Positions 63,953-64,000 of a stretch of DNA of 64,000 nucleotides are shown here, piece after piece. Position 1 is the stretch's first letter. Every line of letters begins with the position of its first letter. The position numbers and the translations under genes were made by a program. The stretch is from Azolla caroliniana (lineage: Eukaryota > Plantae > Polypodiophyta), in assembly GCA_043228905.1 (NCBI GenBank), contig JBHGNT010000004.1:2976001-3040000 (forward strand). The letters run 5' to 3'. The notes beneath the pieces were generated by a model that saw only the letters and a list, made by a program, of their open reading frames with translations, was not told the origin of the DNA and made no database searches.

Positions 63953-64000
63953 GTAGGTAGTTGAAGGCAATTATGAGATATAAAATCTGGATTTCTCATG

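Overview
AT-rich, intron-containing nuclear DNA from a land plant. The PPR motif style and gene density suggest a seed-free vascular plant, probably a fern; this is inference only. Eight protein-coding genes could be modelled by hand. In order they are: the 3' part of V-ATPase subunit B (+), an APD1-4-like membrane RING-HC E3 ligase (-), a PLS-class PPR gene with an unusual N-terminal 24-aa repeat (-), a plant-type PEP carboxylase (-), a cofactor-independent phosphoglycerate mutase (-), a Vps62-domain gene (+), an uncharacterised conserved plant protein (-), and the 5' part of a cytosolic pyruvate kinase (+). Intergenic DNA holds a solo LTR with an intact TSD, a 5'-truncated LINE with a TSD, Mutator-type MITEs, AACCG-rich TIR elements, a decayed plastid-type trnH copy and several tandem repeats. 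The most notable observations are three PEP-node enzymes (PEPC, iPGAM, PK) within about 41 kb and near V-ATPase B, a PEPC with an extended N-terminus and an altered kinase motif, the PPR N-terminal repeat, and three GC-AG introns. Exon coordinates were traced manually and are not confirmed by transcripts.
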